Virus record (IMG/VR): IMGVR_UViG_3300035698_015907
Reading direction: 5' to 3' (one strand)
DNA: 64,000 nt
DNA from: a virus
Under the pieces are notes generated by a model. That model saw nothing but the letters and a program-made list of their open reading frames with translations. It was not told the DNA's origin and did no database searches. Positions 29,709 through 39,243 of the stretch are shown piece by piece (within the stretch, counting starts at the first letter, position 1; each line of letters begins with the position of its first letter). The translations under genes were made by a program, and so were the position numbers.

Positions 29709-31175
29709 TTATTTCTTTTTCCACGGCATATCTACTACGCCAGCCATAATAGATCCTCTTGGCATAATACGATCTTCAACAGTAGCAAGACCATATTTAT
29801 TTATTTGACTCTGGACTTGTTCAGCATTTTTATATGATGACGGAAGCTCAGATATATCAATATCACCAGTGTAAAACCGAATATCAAGACCTTCGGTTTC
29901 CCTTTTCAATACTGCATCTTTAACTTCTTTTGGAACAGTCCTATTTTTATTCCACTGATCTCTCACGCCAAATTCATCTACAATTCTTCTAGTATGTTCA
30001 GTTCTTGACAAGTTTCTTCCTGCACCATGGGGTGCAAAACCAAGATTCTTATCTGAATTAGCATGGCTAGTAAGAAGAATTGGCTGAGCCATATTCAAAG
30101 GAATGATAGTAATTCCATTATCATCTAATGAATACCCATCATATGATGGCGTAGCTCCTTTAGCATGGAAGAAATTATCTCCACGTTTGAACACGAAGTT
30201 GTGTTCATTCCAAAACCAGTCTTCCATGGAATTACCAAGTCTTTTTGCAATAGTTTCGTGTATAGCAAAATGATTCATTTTAGTCCACAAACGAACAGTC
30301 TGAAGAGCTATCCAATAATCATGACCAATTTTGCTGTCATAATCTAGCCACGCCTGATGCTCTGGAATTCTTGGTGCTACAACAGCAGTATGCTTCTTTG
30401 CAGCTGACATTCCATGCTTATATAACAAACCACCAAGAGACCTAGAACCATGATGAGTAACTAGACACATCTGTCCTGTGGATTCTAATTCACCGACATA
30501 CAAAAAGTGATTTCCATCACCTTGAGTCATAAAGTGGTTCTCGGCAGCATCAACAAACTTCTTATTATCAAGAAAACTATTTCCTTCGAATTTAGAAATA
30601 AGTTCCTTTAGTTTGTGGTTTCTGCGCACTTCTGATTTAGATCTTTTGCCTAAACCAAAGTGAGTAACTTTCATTGCTTCATCAAGAACTCTTTTTACAT
30701 CATCATTGCGCTTGAAAATAGTTACTGCCATCGAGCAGCAAATATCAGCAGAATGCATTCCTGGATGAATGGTACCTTTAGTTTCTATTACGCCCCCAAC
30801 TGGAATAGTTCCAAGCTGATTTCCAGCCGGCATTGAATCTGGCATAACCGCAGCTCTTTCCACGGTCGGTAGTCTCATAATTGCATCCATGTGTTGGATT
30901 ACATTTTTGAGATTCTCTCTTTCATCATCAGATTCTGGATCTAAAAATATCTCGAACGGGCGAGAATTTGTACGAAGAGATAAAAGGCTTTCTTCATACA
31001 CTTTCTGTTTTTCTAGAACATCATCATAGAATTTTAAAGCAGCAAATTTAATTTCATCTAATGAACTGCCTTTATTTTCCATTAGATTTACAACATTTAA
31101 CAAATCACGAAAGTGTTTACCTTCCGGGATTCCCCACTCTTTTAATTTTTCGCCATTCATAGTATCATCCGCCAC
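29709..31175 (-). CDS. rtcB: RtcB 3'-phosphate/5'-OH RNA ligase
   Basis: MPD, IPVGGV, ADICCSM, GDGNHF, HHGSR, EHN, KGATP, APHGAGR, ELPSSYK. Confidence 0.93.
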   Translation of the reverse strand: MADDTMNGEKLKEWGIPEGKHFRDLLNVVNLMENKGSSLDEIKFAALKFYDDVLEKQKVYEESLLSLRTNSRPFEIFLDPESDDERENLKNVIQHMDAIMRLPTVERAAVMPDSMPAGNQLGTIPVGGVIETKGTIHPGMHSADICCSMAVTIFKRNDDVKRVLDEAMKVTHFGLGKRSKSEVRRNHKLKELISKFEGNSFLDNKKFVDAAENHFMTQGDGNHFLYVGELESTGQMCLVTHHGSRSLGGLLYKHGMSAAKKHTAVVAPRIPEHQAWLDYDSKIGHDYWIALQTVRLWTKMNHFAIHETIAKRLGNSMEDWFWNEHNFVFKRGDNFFHAKGATPSYDGYSLDDNGITIIPLNMAQPILLTSHANSDKNLGFAPHGAGRNLSRTEHTRRIVDEFGVRDQWNKNRTVPKEVKDAVLKRETEGLDIRFYTGDIDISELPSSYKNAEQVQSQINKYGLATVEDRIMPRGSIMAGVVDMPWKKK

Positions 31176-31446
31176 TTCCTAATGGAAAAGGAGCTTCACT
31201 TAATTTAAGTTCTTTTCCAATTACAACATCATCATTAAAATAGTCATAAGCAAATTTAGTCTTAATTCTTTTTGCGAGCCACAAACCATTTTCAACACTA
31301 AAATTTACTGACCATGAATTATGCAATTTATATTCTAATTCTGCTACTGACCCTGCAATCTTCATCAAGTTTTCTGCCGAAACCACTGCAGGTGCAGCAA
31401 TCAAACCGATTGCTGCCGTAATAAAACTTCTGCGTTGAATATTCAT
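31165..31446 (-). CDS. Small protein with twin-arginine (Tat)-like signal
   Basis: MNIQRRSFITAAIGLIAAPAVVSA. Confidence 0.55.
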   Translation of the reverse strand: MNIQRRSFITAAIGLIAAPAVVSAENLMKIAGSVAELEYKLHNSWSVNFSVENGLWLAKRIKTKFAYDYFNDDVVIGKELKLSEAPFPLGSGG

Positions 31447-31453
31447 TTCTTTC

Positions 31454-32095
31454 CTAGCATGAACAAGAGAAATATTCAGGTACAACACCAGTTATAGGTG
31501 AACCGATGATAGTAGCAATATCTTCCCACAAATAAGAAGGAATATTGCCGCGTGCGTCTGAATCATATATTGTGATATGTGAAGTGTCAATACAATCTAA
31601 ACATACATGAATAAATTCTGTTAGTTCCATAGAAATATCATTATCATTCATAACTCGTTGTATGCGTTCTTCAGCATTTTTAACGTCTGATGTTTCTGGA
31701 ACACCCCATTTATTAATAGTATAAGTGCTAGCAATAGTCACCGTTGAACCGCTTATAGCTTCTTGATCACCATTAAATGATGGATGCTCCCATTCATGGC
31801 GAAGAGCTGTGATAGTTCTTGGATATAGAATTAGCCAAAACTTTAGACCTGGATTAACACCAGTCTAAAGAAATGGATCAACAATACCAATGAATTTTTC
31901 AGTAACACCAATAATTGACGAAACTTTATCATGACTTCCGGCAACCAGACCAACATGTTGATTTGGAAAAAGTCTCTCATCAGAAGTCACTGGAACTACT
32001 GCAAGATGAATAGCATCTCTGTTGCTTTCGGTAGCAGCTAGAATAGTGCCGAGAGTTTCTAGTGCTGTTGCGGGTTCACTCGTAGAATTAGCCAT
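31454..32095 (-). CDS. Conserved phage hypothetical protein interrupted by one in-frame TAG (31865-31867)
   Basis: RDAIHLAV...[37 protein letters not shown] continues in frame into ORF 31454-31741. Confidence 0.7.
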
Positions 32096-33064
32096 AACTT
32101 TATATTCCTTTCCTTTTCCTATTGCACTTCTCATGCAGAGTGTGCATGGACCACATGTCCCGCATTTATTAGTATCAATCATTTCTTCCCGGTCACGGTA
32201 AAAAGCTCTCATGTACTAAAGCGGTGTCTGAAAAATAATCTAACGCCCTAGTCAAATCACTTTTTTATATATACACGTAGGCTCGGATAAAGAGCCTATT
32301 ACTTGGTACGCTTGAGATGATTTAGTTTCTAACATATTAGCTAAATCATTTACGTCTTTAGCTGGAACATACATTTCACCATTATGCATAATATATGACG
32401 GTGACAATGATATATCATCAAATTTTGCAAGAACTGTTACTGATAAAATCTCAGCTATTACTATCTAAATCCTTATAAAATGTGCATGAAGATAGTAATG
32501 ACAATCGAACTTTGCCGCTATTTTCAAGCAGAATAAATTTTGAAGTTTTTCCCATGTACTTATCAATGAGATATGTGCCGTCTTTGAATTTAATGAAAAG
32601 ACGTTTACCTTTTGGAAAGGTTGAATGAAGGACCATAATTACCACGCGTTAATTTCAATGTCAACCCATGACCACGAGCTCGCTTTATAATTAGAGGGCT
32701 CCCACGGTCAGTTTTTACCGACTTGAGCTTATATAATTCATGCCAGCGGAAAAACATATTCCAATCTGACTCTCTAAATGTATCATCTGGGAACCAGAGT
32801 TTAACTTTAGATTTCTTTACAATTGACTTACCATCCGCGAAGACGCGGGCTATCGCTCGGACTGTTGTTGCAGATGGATATGTTATGATTTCATCAGCTG
32901 ACATGAGAGACCTATTAAATTATTGTAGACCACACCAGTATCCACTGGGGCCCAAAGACAGATCTTATTGTACACATAAAAATGGGTTTTGTCAAGGCTT
33001 ATTTTACAAGCTATTGTTTTTAAATTACTATTTGACAACCAGTTGTTTGTATTATATAATTTAG

Positions 33065-33325
33065 TTGACATTTGCAACTTTGGGACTTATAATGCTAAAA
33101 TTGCAGTATTATACAGACGGGAAAAGACATTTAATATGTCTGCCCTATTCAATTCAAAATCTTCATAAGATGGCTGATGAATTGGGTATTAAACGATGTT
33201 GGTTTCATCGTGATCATTACGACATCCCTAAAAGAAGGATCGTAGAAATAGAAGCTAAATGCTGCTTTATAACCTCTAAGGAGATAGCACAAATTGCTAG
33301 ACCAAACATCAATAACAAGACTTAA
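33065..33325 (+). CDS. DUF4031-like small protein
   Basis: LHKMADELGIKRCWFHRDHYDI. Confidence 0.7.
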   Translation: MTFATLGLIMLKLQYYTDGKRHLICLPYSIQNLHKMADELGIKRCWFHRDHYDIPKRRIVEIEAKCCFITSKEIAQIARPNINNKT

Positions 33326-33568
33326 TCTCACTCTTGGTGAAAACATTATTATCAGTGGAACTGATGATCAGTTTGAAAATGCAAAAGGATCAAATTTAGG
33401 GCTTGGGATTCTCGGTAGTTCTAATGCTCCTGATGTATACATTATATTGCTAGAAGATAGAATTCCAGAAAATATTGCAATTTTAATGTCAGAAGAATAT
33501 TTGTATAGATTCCAATAAGGATTGATACGTTTAAACGTTTTGATCGATTAATCAATAAAATAGAAAAA

Positions 33569-33844
33569 ATGATACCTTGGGGTAAAAATTTCCTTAAATG
33601 GGTTATAAAGCCAGAAGCATTCATTTTTAGAATCCCACTTGCTATACTCTTTATGCTAGGTGGGCTTATAAGTTTTCTTCCTATATTGGGAATTTGGATG
33701 TTTTCCCTCGGTCTCATTTTATTAGCTATTGATATAGTAGTACTACGAGAGCCGCTCGCAAGATTTCTTATCAGAGTTCATCGTCTATTTCAAAAAATTA
33801 TTAGAAAAATAAAATTGAAGTGGAGTGAAATAAATGGCTGGTAA
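33569..33844 (+). CDS. Small membrane protein
   Basis: RIPLAILFMLGGLISFLPILGIWMFSLGLILLAID. Confidence 0.65.
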   Translation: MIPWGKNFLKWVIKPEAFIFRIPLAILFMLGGLISFLPILGIWMFSLGLILLAIDIVVLREPLARFLIRVHRLFQKIIRKIKLKWSEINGW

Positions 33845-34037
33845 AAAAGAAGTTTTTATATTTTTAGATGCTTTAAGGCGCAGTGGCGCTGTGAATATGT
33901 TTAGTGCTTCTTCATATATTGAAGAAGAGTTTGATCTACCTAACAAAGAATCAAAACAGCTGTTAGTAGATTAGATGGAAACATTTGATGATGAAATATC
34001 TGTTGAAGATAGAATAAAACAACTAAAAAGTAGTTGA
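33834..34037 (+). CDS. Small conserved phage protein with in-frame TAG at codon 47
   Basis: FLDALRRSGAVNMF...KQLLVD*METFDDE; frame stays open to TGA at 34035. Confidence 0.6.
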
Positions 34038-34062
34038 CAAACATAAAACTCTGATATATAAT
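34034..34062 (+). promoter_or_regulatory. Sigma70-type promoter for the Ro60-like gene
   Basis: TTGACA-N17-TATAAT. Confidence 0.85.
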
Positions 34063-34129
34063 ATCTTACCATCAATTTAGAATGGTTAATAAGCACAAAG
34101 ATATTAACATTATCTGAGCGAGGATACAA

Positions 34130-35635
34130 ATGAACAAGTTTATGAAGTCACTAAAGACAAATCAAGAAAAGAAGCTAACCGAGAATGGAGGAATTACTTT
34201 TGATTCCTCGGGTCAATCTAATGTTGATCTGTTTTTCCAAATCGGTGCACTTCGTGGTCAAGAACCAGATCGGCTTTATAGACTTTTTTCTAAGGCTTAC
34301 GGCGAAAATAAAGAACTAGCAATTAGAACTATGTTGTGGGTTCGTGATGTTAGGGGAGGAGCTGGTGAACGCAAGATTTTTAGGGATCTACTAACCTGGC
34401 TCGAAACTAATGATCGCGATATTTTGGTAGATATTCTTCCAGCGATTCCAGAGCTGGGACGTTGGGACGATCTTTTGGTTTTCGGTACTAAGAAATTCAA
34501 GACCAATGCTTTCAATATGATTGAACAAGCTTTGGGCGAAGCAAATGGTCTTTGTGCAAAATGGATGCCTCGAAAGGGCGTCGTTGCAAATGAACTTAGA
34601 AACCATATGAAACTTTCACCGAAGCGATATAGAAAACTTCTAGTTGAATTAACTAATGTTGTCGAAAATCAGCTTTGCGCTAAGCAGTGGGAAGACGTTA
34701 ATTATGAAAAAGTTCCTTCTGTAGCTCAGTCTAGATATAATAGAACTTTCCTACGACATGATGAGGAAAGGTATCGTGAATTTAGTGAAAAAGCTAAGAC
34801 ATATGCTGAAGCTGTAGCATCAGGTGAACCGATTCCAGATGATGTTGAAAAGGTAAAAATCAATGCTGGTGCCGTATATCCATATGATGTTTTGAAGTCT
34901 GTCGTTAATAGTTATTTTGGCGGCTATGGTTATGGAGCACAAGATAATAGTTTCAGTGTCGATACTGTTAGAGCACAGTGGTTGACTTTGCCTAATTATA
35001 TAGGAAATAATAGTGTTCTTCCTATGGTTGATGTTTCAGGATCAATGACTTCATTGATTGGTTCGAAAAATCTAAGTGCGTTGCAAGTTGCATTGTCACT
35101 TGGTTTGTATATGTCTGGAAAGAACAGCGGCGCATTTCATAATGCTCTATTGACTTTCACTTCTGTGCCGGAGTTGATTCACTTGAAGGGTGAAGATATT
35201 ATTGCTCATATAGAGCAGATGTCTAAAGATCGCTGGTATGGATCTACAAACGTTTCTGCAGCATTTACAAAGATTTTGTCTTTCGCAGTTAAGAATGCTG
35301 TTCCACAGGAAGATATGCCTGAATATATCATAGTATTTTCTGATATGGAATTTGATCGTGCTGATCGTACTGGTGGTGAAACTGCATCTGAAGATATGGA
35401 AATCCAGTTTTCTAGTGCTGGCTATAGAGTTCCTAAAGTTGTTTGGTGGAATATCCAATCACGTCAGGATAATGTACCAGTATCATTTAATAAGAATGGT
35501 GCTGCTCTAGTTTCTGGTTTTTCGCCATCTCTTGCAAAGAACATCATGAGTGGTGAAAGTATTAATCCAACTGAAATGATGCTAAAAGTTATCATGGACG
35601 AAAGATACGATCTAAAGAAGTATGCAGCCGCTTAA
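34130..35635 (+). CDS. Ro60/TROVE-like + vWA protein (DUF2828 family)
   Basis: TENG, DLFF, RDVRGGAGER, GRWDDLL, AKWMPR, VDVSGSM MIDAS, STN, FSDMEFD, WN, SGFSP. Confidence 0.88.
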   Translation: MNKFMKSLKTNQEKKLTENGGITFDSSGQSNVDLFFQIGALRGQEPDRLYRLFSKAYGENKELAIRTMLWVRDVRGGAGERKIFRDLLTWLETNDRDILVDILPAIPELGRWDDLLVFGTKKFKTNAFNMIEQALGEANGLCAKWMPRKGVVANELRNHMKLSPKRYRKLLVELTNVVENQLCAKQWEDVNYEKVPSVAQSRYNRTFLRHDEERYREFSEKAKTYAEAVASGEPIPDDVEKVKINAGAVYPYDVLKSVVNSYFGGYGYGAQDNSFSVDTVRAQWLTLPNYIGNNSVLPMVDVSGSMTSLIGSKNLSALQVALSLGLYMSGKNSGAFHNALLTFTSVPELIHLKGEDIIAHIEQMSKDRWYGSTNVSAAFTKILSFAVKNAVPQEDMPEYIIVFSDMEFDRADRTGGETASEDMEIQFSSAGYRVPKVVWWNIQSRQDNVPVSFNKNGAALVSGFSPSLAKNIMSGESINPTEMMLKVIMDERYDLKKYAAA

Positions 35636-35647
35636 AGAAAGAGTAAA

Positions 35648-35821
35648 ATGAAGAATTTTTTTCTAGATCCTTTGTTTTGGCTATGTTTTGTTGGTGTACT
35701 TTTTGTATCAGGATTATGTTCAGTGTTCATTTATCCTGATTCACCAGCAGTAGGTAGATTTATCGCAGCATTTCTTATTGGAATTGTTGGAGGTAAGTTT
35801 TATGGAGTTCTTTCAAAATAA
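35648..35821 (+). CDS. Small two-TM membrane protein (57 aa, not in the ORF track)
   Basis: MKNFFLDPLFWLCFVGVLFVSGLCSVF...FIAAFLIGIVGG. Confidence 0.55.
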   Translation: MKNFFLDPLFWLCFVGVLFVSGLCSVFIYPDSPAVGRFIAAFLIGIVGGKFYGVLSK

Positions 35822-35845
35822 GAGGACCACGGCCCTCTTATTTTA
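35817..35845 (+). terminator. Terminator after the Ro60-like operon
   Basis: AAATAAGAGG...CCTCTTATTT hairpin with T run. Confidence 0.6.
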
Positions 35846-35889
35846 TTGACAAATGCATTTATCTCGTATAAATAGATGCATATGATTAT

Positions 35890-35961
35890 GGGGTAGGCGT
35901 CGGGACGCAAGTTTCCTTTGCACGGAGACTGTCGAGGGTTCAACTCCCTTCTACTCCACCA
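35890..35961 (+). tRNA. tRNA-Ala(UGC), shortened D arm
   Basis: GGGGTAG/CTACTCC acceptor with G3:U70, loop TTTGCAC, CCA. Confidence 0.8.
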
Positions 35962-35962
35962 C

Positions 35963-36038
35963 GGGCCCATAGCTCAGCTGGGAGAGCGTCTGAATGGCAT
36001 TCAGAAGGTCGTCGGTTCGATCCCGATTGGGTCCACCA
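35963..36038 (+). tRNA. tRNA-Ala(GGC)
   Basis: Canonical cloverleaf, G3:U70, loop ATGGCAT, CCA. Confidence 0.95.
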
Positions 36039-36049
36039 AATTTTTATGG

Positions 36050-36078
36050 TTGACAAGGTAAGTTTTACTTGGTATAAT
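36050..36078 (+). promoter_or_regulatory. Sigma70-type promoter in the tRNA array
   Basis: TTGACA-N17-TATAAT. Confidence 0.85.
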
Positions 36079-36088
36079 TAATTATAAT

Positions 36089-36163
36089 GCGGGTATAGCT
36101 CAGTGGCAGAGCTTTAGTTTTCCAAACTAAGAGTCGTGGGTTCGATCCCCATTGCCCGCTCCA
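36089..36163 (+). tRNA. tRNA-Gly(UCC)
   Basis: Cloverleaf, loop TTTCCAA, U73, CCA. Confidence 0.95.
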
Positions 36164-36277
36164 AACATCGGAGATTGCGCTTTGAGTAAAACTCTTAAGT
36201 TCGTCTTCTACATCGGTTTATTGAAAATTGCAATATTAACGGTGATTATAGTGTATATAATGACGTTTTAGAAATAT

Positions 36278-36353
36278 GCCCCGGTAGGCAAACGGCAAAG
36301 CCGCTCTTCTCAAAAGAGAGTGTATGTAGGTTCGACTCTTACCCGGGGCACCA
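36278..36353 (+). tRNA. tRNA-Leu(CAA), short variable loop
   Basis: Loop CTCAAAA, A73, CCA, 5-nt variable region. Confidence 0.88.
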
Positions 36354-36362
36354 GATTTAACT

Positions 36363-36446
36363 GCGCTTGTGGCGGAATGGTAGACGCACTGGTTTTAGGT
36401 ACCAACGCCGAAAGGCATGGAGGTTCGAGTCCTCTCAAGCGCACCA
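36363..36446 (+). tRNA. tRNA-Leu(UAG)
   Basis: Class II cloverleaf, loop TTTAGGT. Confidence 0.95.
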
Positions 36447-36516
36447 ATTATCATTAGAATGGAGGCGAGATTCAAGCACATTCTAATGAAGGGACGATGC
36501 ATCGTCCCGGTGATAT

Positions 36517-36589
36517 GCCTGTGAAACTAAGTAGTTCGATCGTTCTCATAAGACGATTCGCGGAGGGGCGGGACCTCCCATAGGTACCA
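36517..36589 (+). tRNA. Atypical tRNA(CAU), reduced D arm and non-canonical T loop
   Basis: GCCTGTG/CATAGGT acceptor, loop CTCATAA, T loop GGCGGGA, ACCA. Confidence 0.65.
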
Positions 36590-36601
36590 ATTTTGAATAA
36601 T

Positions 36602-36676
36602 GCTCTTGTCGTCTAGTGGCTAAGGCGTTCGGCCGATAACCGAGAAAACATGGATCGAAACCATGCTGGAGCACCA
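36602..36676 (+). tRNA. tRNA-Ile(GAU)
   Basis: Cloverleaf, loop CCGATAA, CCA. Confidence 0.88.
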
Positions 36677-36683
36677 AATGAAT

Positions 36684-36769
36684 GCGATTGTGGTGGAATG
36701 GTAGACACGATAGCTTGAGGGGCTATTGAGGTAACACTCGTGAAGGTTCAAATCCTTTCAGTCGCACCA
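36684..36769 (+). tRNA. tRNA-Leu(GAG)
   Basis: Class II cloverleaf, loop TTGAGGG. Confidence 0.95.
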
Positions 36770-36975
36770 AAGAATTAGGCTCTGAATTCGGCATAATAAT
36801 CAGTCTTTTTGCGAGGACAATGATTAAAACCGGAACTAGCGCAAACTAGTACTGTATCTGAGATGGTATAGGTTTCCTGTGAAGGGAATGGGCTGGATTA
36901 TAAAGTTTGAAAGAGTTCTTTGAGAACGTTTAAGTTTACTTAAATAAAGGTTCGATTCCTTTTCTTTCTCAGAAT

Positions 36976-37068
36976 TGCGGGGTTGAGAAGTCTGGTCATC
37001 TCCCTGGTCTCATAAGCCAGTAGCGCAACGACGTTGCGTCGGGGGTTCAAATCCCCCTCCCGCTTCCA
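36976..37068 (+). tRNA. Initiator-like tRNA(CAU) with long variable arm
   Basis: 1:72 mismatch, loop CTCATAA, 7-bp variable stem GCGCAAC/GTTGCGT, CCA. Confidence 0.8.
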
Positions 37069-37185
37069 GTATAGGTCTATCAATCCCTCAGAGTTTGACT
37101 CTGAAATAATAGATTGTTGATAACAGGTGCGTAACTACAACAATATTTGGAGCCCAAGGTGATCCAAATGCCTATAAACTAATAT

Positions 37186-37266
37186 GGACCTGGAGCGTAA
37201 AGCTACTCAGGAGAGAGCAATGGCTTCAGCCATCCGCAGGAGGTTCGATACCTCCCAGGTCTTCCA
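37186..37266 (+). ncRNA. tRNA-like RNA with acceptor and T arm but non-canonical core
   Basis: GGACCTG/CAGGTCT-TCCA, GGAGG-TTCGATA-CCTCC, no 7-nt anticodon loop. Confidence 0.6.
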
Positions 37267-37376
37267 TTGTTGGTATCTAACACCAATAGAAGTTAGATAT
37301 TTTTGAAACCCCTGCCGATGTGGGCTCAAGAAGAATGTTGAATATCGGATAGGTAAGTTTGAAGGCTTACCGAACT

Positions 37377-37451
37377 GCTCGAGTATTCTAATGGCAGTGA
37401 TCATTCCTTGGTACGGAATGGGTCTGGGTTCGATTCCCGGTTCGAGCACCA
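37377..37451 (+). tRNA. tRNA-Thr(GGU)
   Basis: Loop TTGGTAC, CCA. Confidence 0.9.
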
Positions 37452-37671
37452 TAGAATTTAAATGAAAGAATTTGTGAATGTCAGATACTGTTATTGATAA
37501 CTTATATGTTCGGATTTTTTTATACATTCGGTGTAAATTACAATGACCATTCAGAGTTAGAACAAAAACTTGATACTGGTGTGATTGTTGCTAGATCATT
37601 AACTCTCAGTATTTTTGGCCAATATATTGGCCTGCTAGAATATCAATTGATTTGACTAAAAACTAATAAAT

Positions 37672-37747
37672 GCCTCATAGGTGAAAATGGCTGTCATGCC
37701 TCTCTTGTAAGGAGGAGGACTCGGTTCGAATCCGGGATGGGGCACCA
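37672..37747 (+). tRNA. tRNA-Thr(UGU)
   Basis: Loop CTTGTAA, CCA. Confidence 0.9.
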
Positions 37748-37756
37748 CAAATTTAA

Positions 37757-37831
37757 GCTCGGTTAACTCAGCGGAAGAGTGTCTCTTTTACACGGAGAAA
37801 GTCGTGGGTTCGATCCCCTCACCGAGTACCA
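37757..37831 (+). tRNA. tRNA-Val(UAC)
   Basis: Loop TTTACAC, CCA. Confidence 0.95.
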
Positions 37832-37838
37832 ATTTAGA

Positions 37839-37913
37839 GCCTGATTAGCTCAGAGGAAGAGCACTACGTTGACATCGTAGGGGCGGCAGGATCGTTACCT
37901 GCATCAGGCACCA
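37839..37913 (+). tRNA. tRNA-Val(GAC)
   Basis: Loop TTGACAT, CCA. Confidence 0.93.
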
Positions 37914-37918
37914 TTAAT

Positions 37919-37993
37919 GCGGTTGTAGCTCAGTGGAAGAGCGAAACATTGCCAATGTTTAGGTCGCGGGTTCAATCCCCGCCAGCCGCTCCA
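37919..37993 (+). tRNA. tRNA-Gly(GCC)
   Basis: Loop TTGCCAA, U73, CCA. Confidence 0.95.
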
Positions 37994-38010
37994 TTAAATG
38001 GATATTCTAT

Positions 38011-38436
38011 ATGAATGATGATAAAGAGGAAGTTTGGCGCTTTGATGAAAAATCAAATGAGCATAGCGTTGAATTTGATAATACATTCATAGATGGAAAA
38101 TATACTGAATATGTTCCATTAGAAGATCCTAAAGATAGAGCAAGGCAATTACATGTAATTGAACACTATGTATCTAATACTGTACATGTACTTAATACTA
38201 ATATTAAATCTTGGATCGGTCAGCGTTTCAAAATACAAATTGGGAAGTATAAAGGATATACTGGTACAGTAATTGATTGTATAATAGTTGCTTGTTATAA
38301 TAGAAATGACGGCAGAAGTTATGGAATCAATTTTATGCTTGAAATAGATAGAAAAGATGGTTCTGGCACTATTGCTATTGGTCCGAATTATTGGACTCGA
38401 GTTTATTATGCTGCTCATGATTTAGAAACTATATGA
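38011..38436 (+). CDS. Hypothetical protein within the tRNA array
   Basis: 141-aa open frame with phage-like codon usage. Confidence 0.55.
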   Translation: MNDDKEEVWRFDEKSNEHSVEFDNTFIDGKYTEYVPLEDPKDRARQLHVIEHYVSNTVHVLNTNIKSWIGQRFKIQIGKYKGYTGTVIDCIIVACYNRNDGRSYGINFMLEIDRKDGSGTIAIGPNYWTRVYYAAHDLETI

Positions 38437-38627
38437 GAAAATTTATTTTAGAACTTGAAATTGATGGTGATCAGCACGAAAGATTCGAAGAAGTTCGTTT
38501 GAGAGATATTGAAAAAGATCGGTTATTAACAGAAGCTGGTTGGCAAATACTTCGAATAAAGTGGAAAGATATGTTCAAAGATACTAAATTTTGGACACAG
38601 AAAGCCAATAGTTTTATTGGGTTGTAG
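38433..38627 (+). CDS. DUF559/Vsr-like endonuclease fragment
   Basis: LEIDGDQH...RD..KD..L...GWQILRIKW; N-terminal half absent. Confidence 0.6.
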   Translation: MRKFILELEIDGDQHERFEEVRLRDIEKDRLLTEAGWQILRIKWKDMFKDTKFWTQKANSFIGL

Positions 38628-38692
38628 CTCAACGGTAGAGCACCGAGCTGTTAACTCGACGGTTGCAGGTTCGAATCCTGCCCTCCCAGCCA
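38618..38692 (+). tRNA. tRNA-Asn(GUU)
   Basis: Loop CTGTTAA, G73, CCA; two acceptor-stem mismatches. Confidence 0.85.
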
Positions 38693-38736
38693 ATTCCTAA
38701 GCTTCGTTCGAATCGAAGTGCAGGAGCCATTTATTA

Positions 38737-38813
38737 CTGGCTATAGCTCAGCTTGGCAGAGCGCCTGCTTTGGGAGCAGGAAGTCGGAGGTTCAAATCCT
38801 CCTAGCCAGACCA
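38737..38813 (+). tRNA. tRNA-Pro(UGG)
   Basis: Loop TTTGGGA, C1:G72, CCA. Confidence 0.95.
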
Positions 38814-38824
38814 AATTATGAATA

Positions 38825-38902
38825 CTGTGTGTAGCTCAGCTTGCGAAGAGCGCTTCCCTCGGAAGGAAGAGGCCAGAGGTTCAAATCCTCTCACACAGAC
38901 CA
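38825..38902 (+). tRNA. tRNA-Pro(CGG)
   Basis: Loop CTCGGAA, C1:G72, CCA. Confidence 0.93.
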
Positions 38903-38906
38903 AAAT

Positions 38907-38981
38907 ATGGGTGTAGCTCAGAGGAAGAGCACGAGTCTCCAAAACTCGGTGTCGGGATTTCGAAATTCCCCACCCATGCCA
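38907..38981 (+). tRNA. tRNA-Trp(CCA)
   Basis: Loop CTCCAAA, G73, CCA. Confidence 0.93.
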
Positions 38982-39160
38982 ATTTAGAATATTGATATGA
39001 AACTTTATCGATATAAAAGGAATGGACAGCTTTATCTTTTGTATAAAGTAAATCCACCTAGACAAACTGGTAGTTATTATGAAGCTGTTGGATATAGTCA
39101 TCATGATGTTATCAAGAATGTAAAGTTAAAGGATTTCGTATTAAAATATAATAATTAAAT

Positions 39161-39236
39161 GCCCATCAAGCTAACCAGGTGGAAGCGCTTGTCTGAAGAA
39201 CAAGAGGGCTCCGATCAATACGGAGGATGGGCACCA
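39161..39236 (+). tRNA. tRNA-Phe(GAA)
   Basis: Loop CTGAAGA, CCA. Confidence 0.9.
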
Positions 39237-39243
39237 TATTCAA

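Noticed and set aside
1155-30347. Many short plus-strand ORFs opposite core genes (e.g. 4374-4814, 11826-12134, 27901-28254)
   Set aside because: Antisense to well-supported genes, with no RBS or recognisable motifs.
37186-37266. Selenocysteine tRNA (TTCA loop)
   Set aside because: Lacks the 8-bp acceptor, extended D stem, 7-nt anticodon loop and long variable arm of tRNA-Sec.
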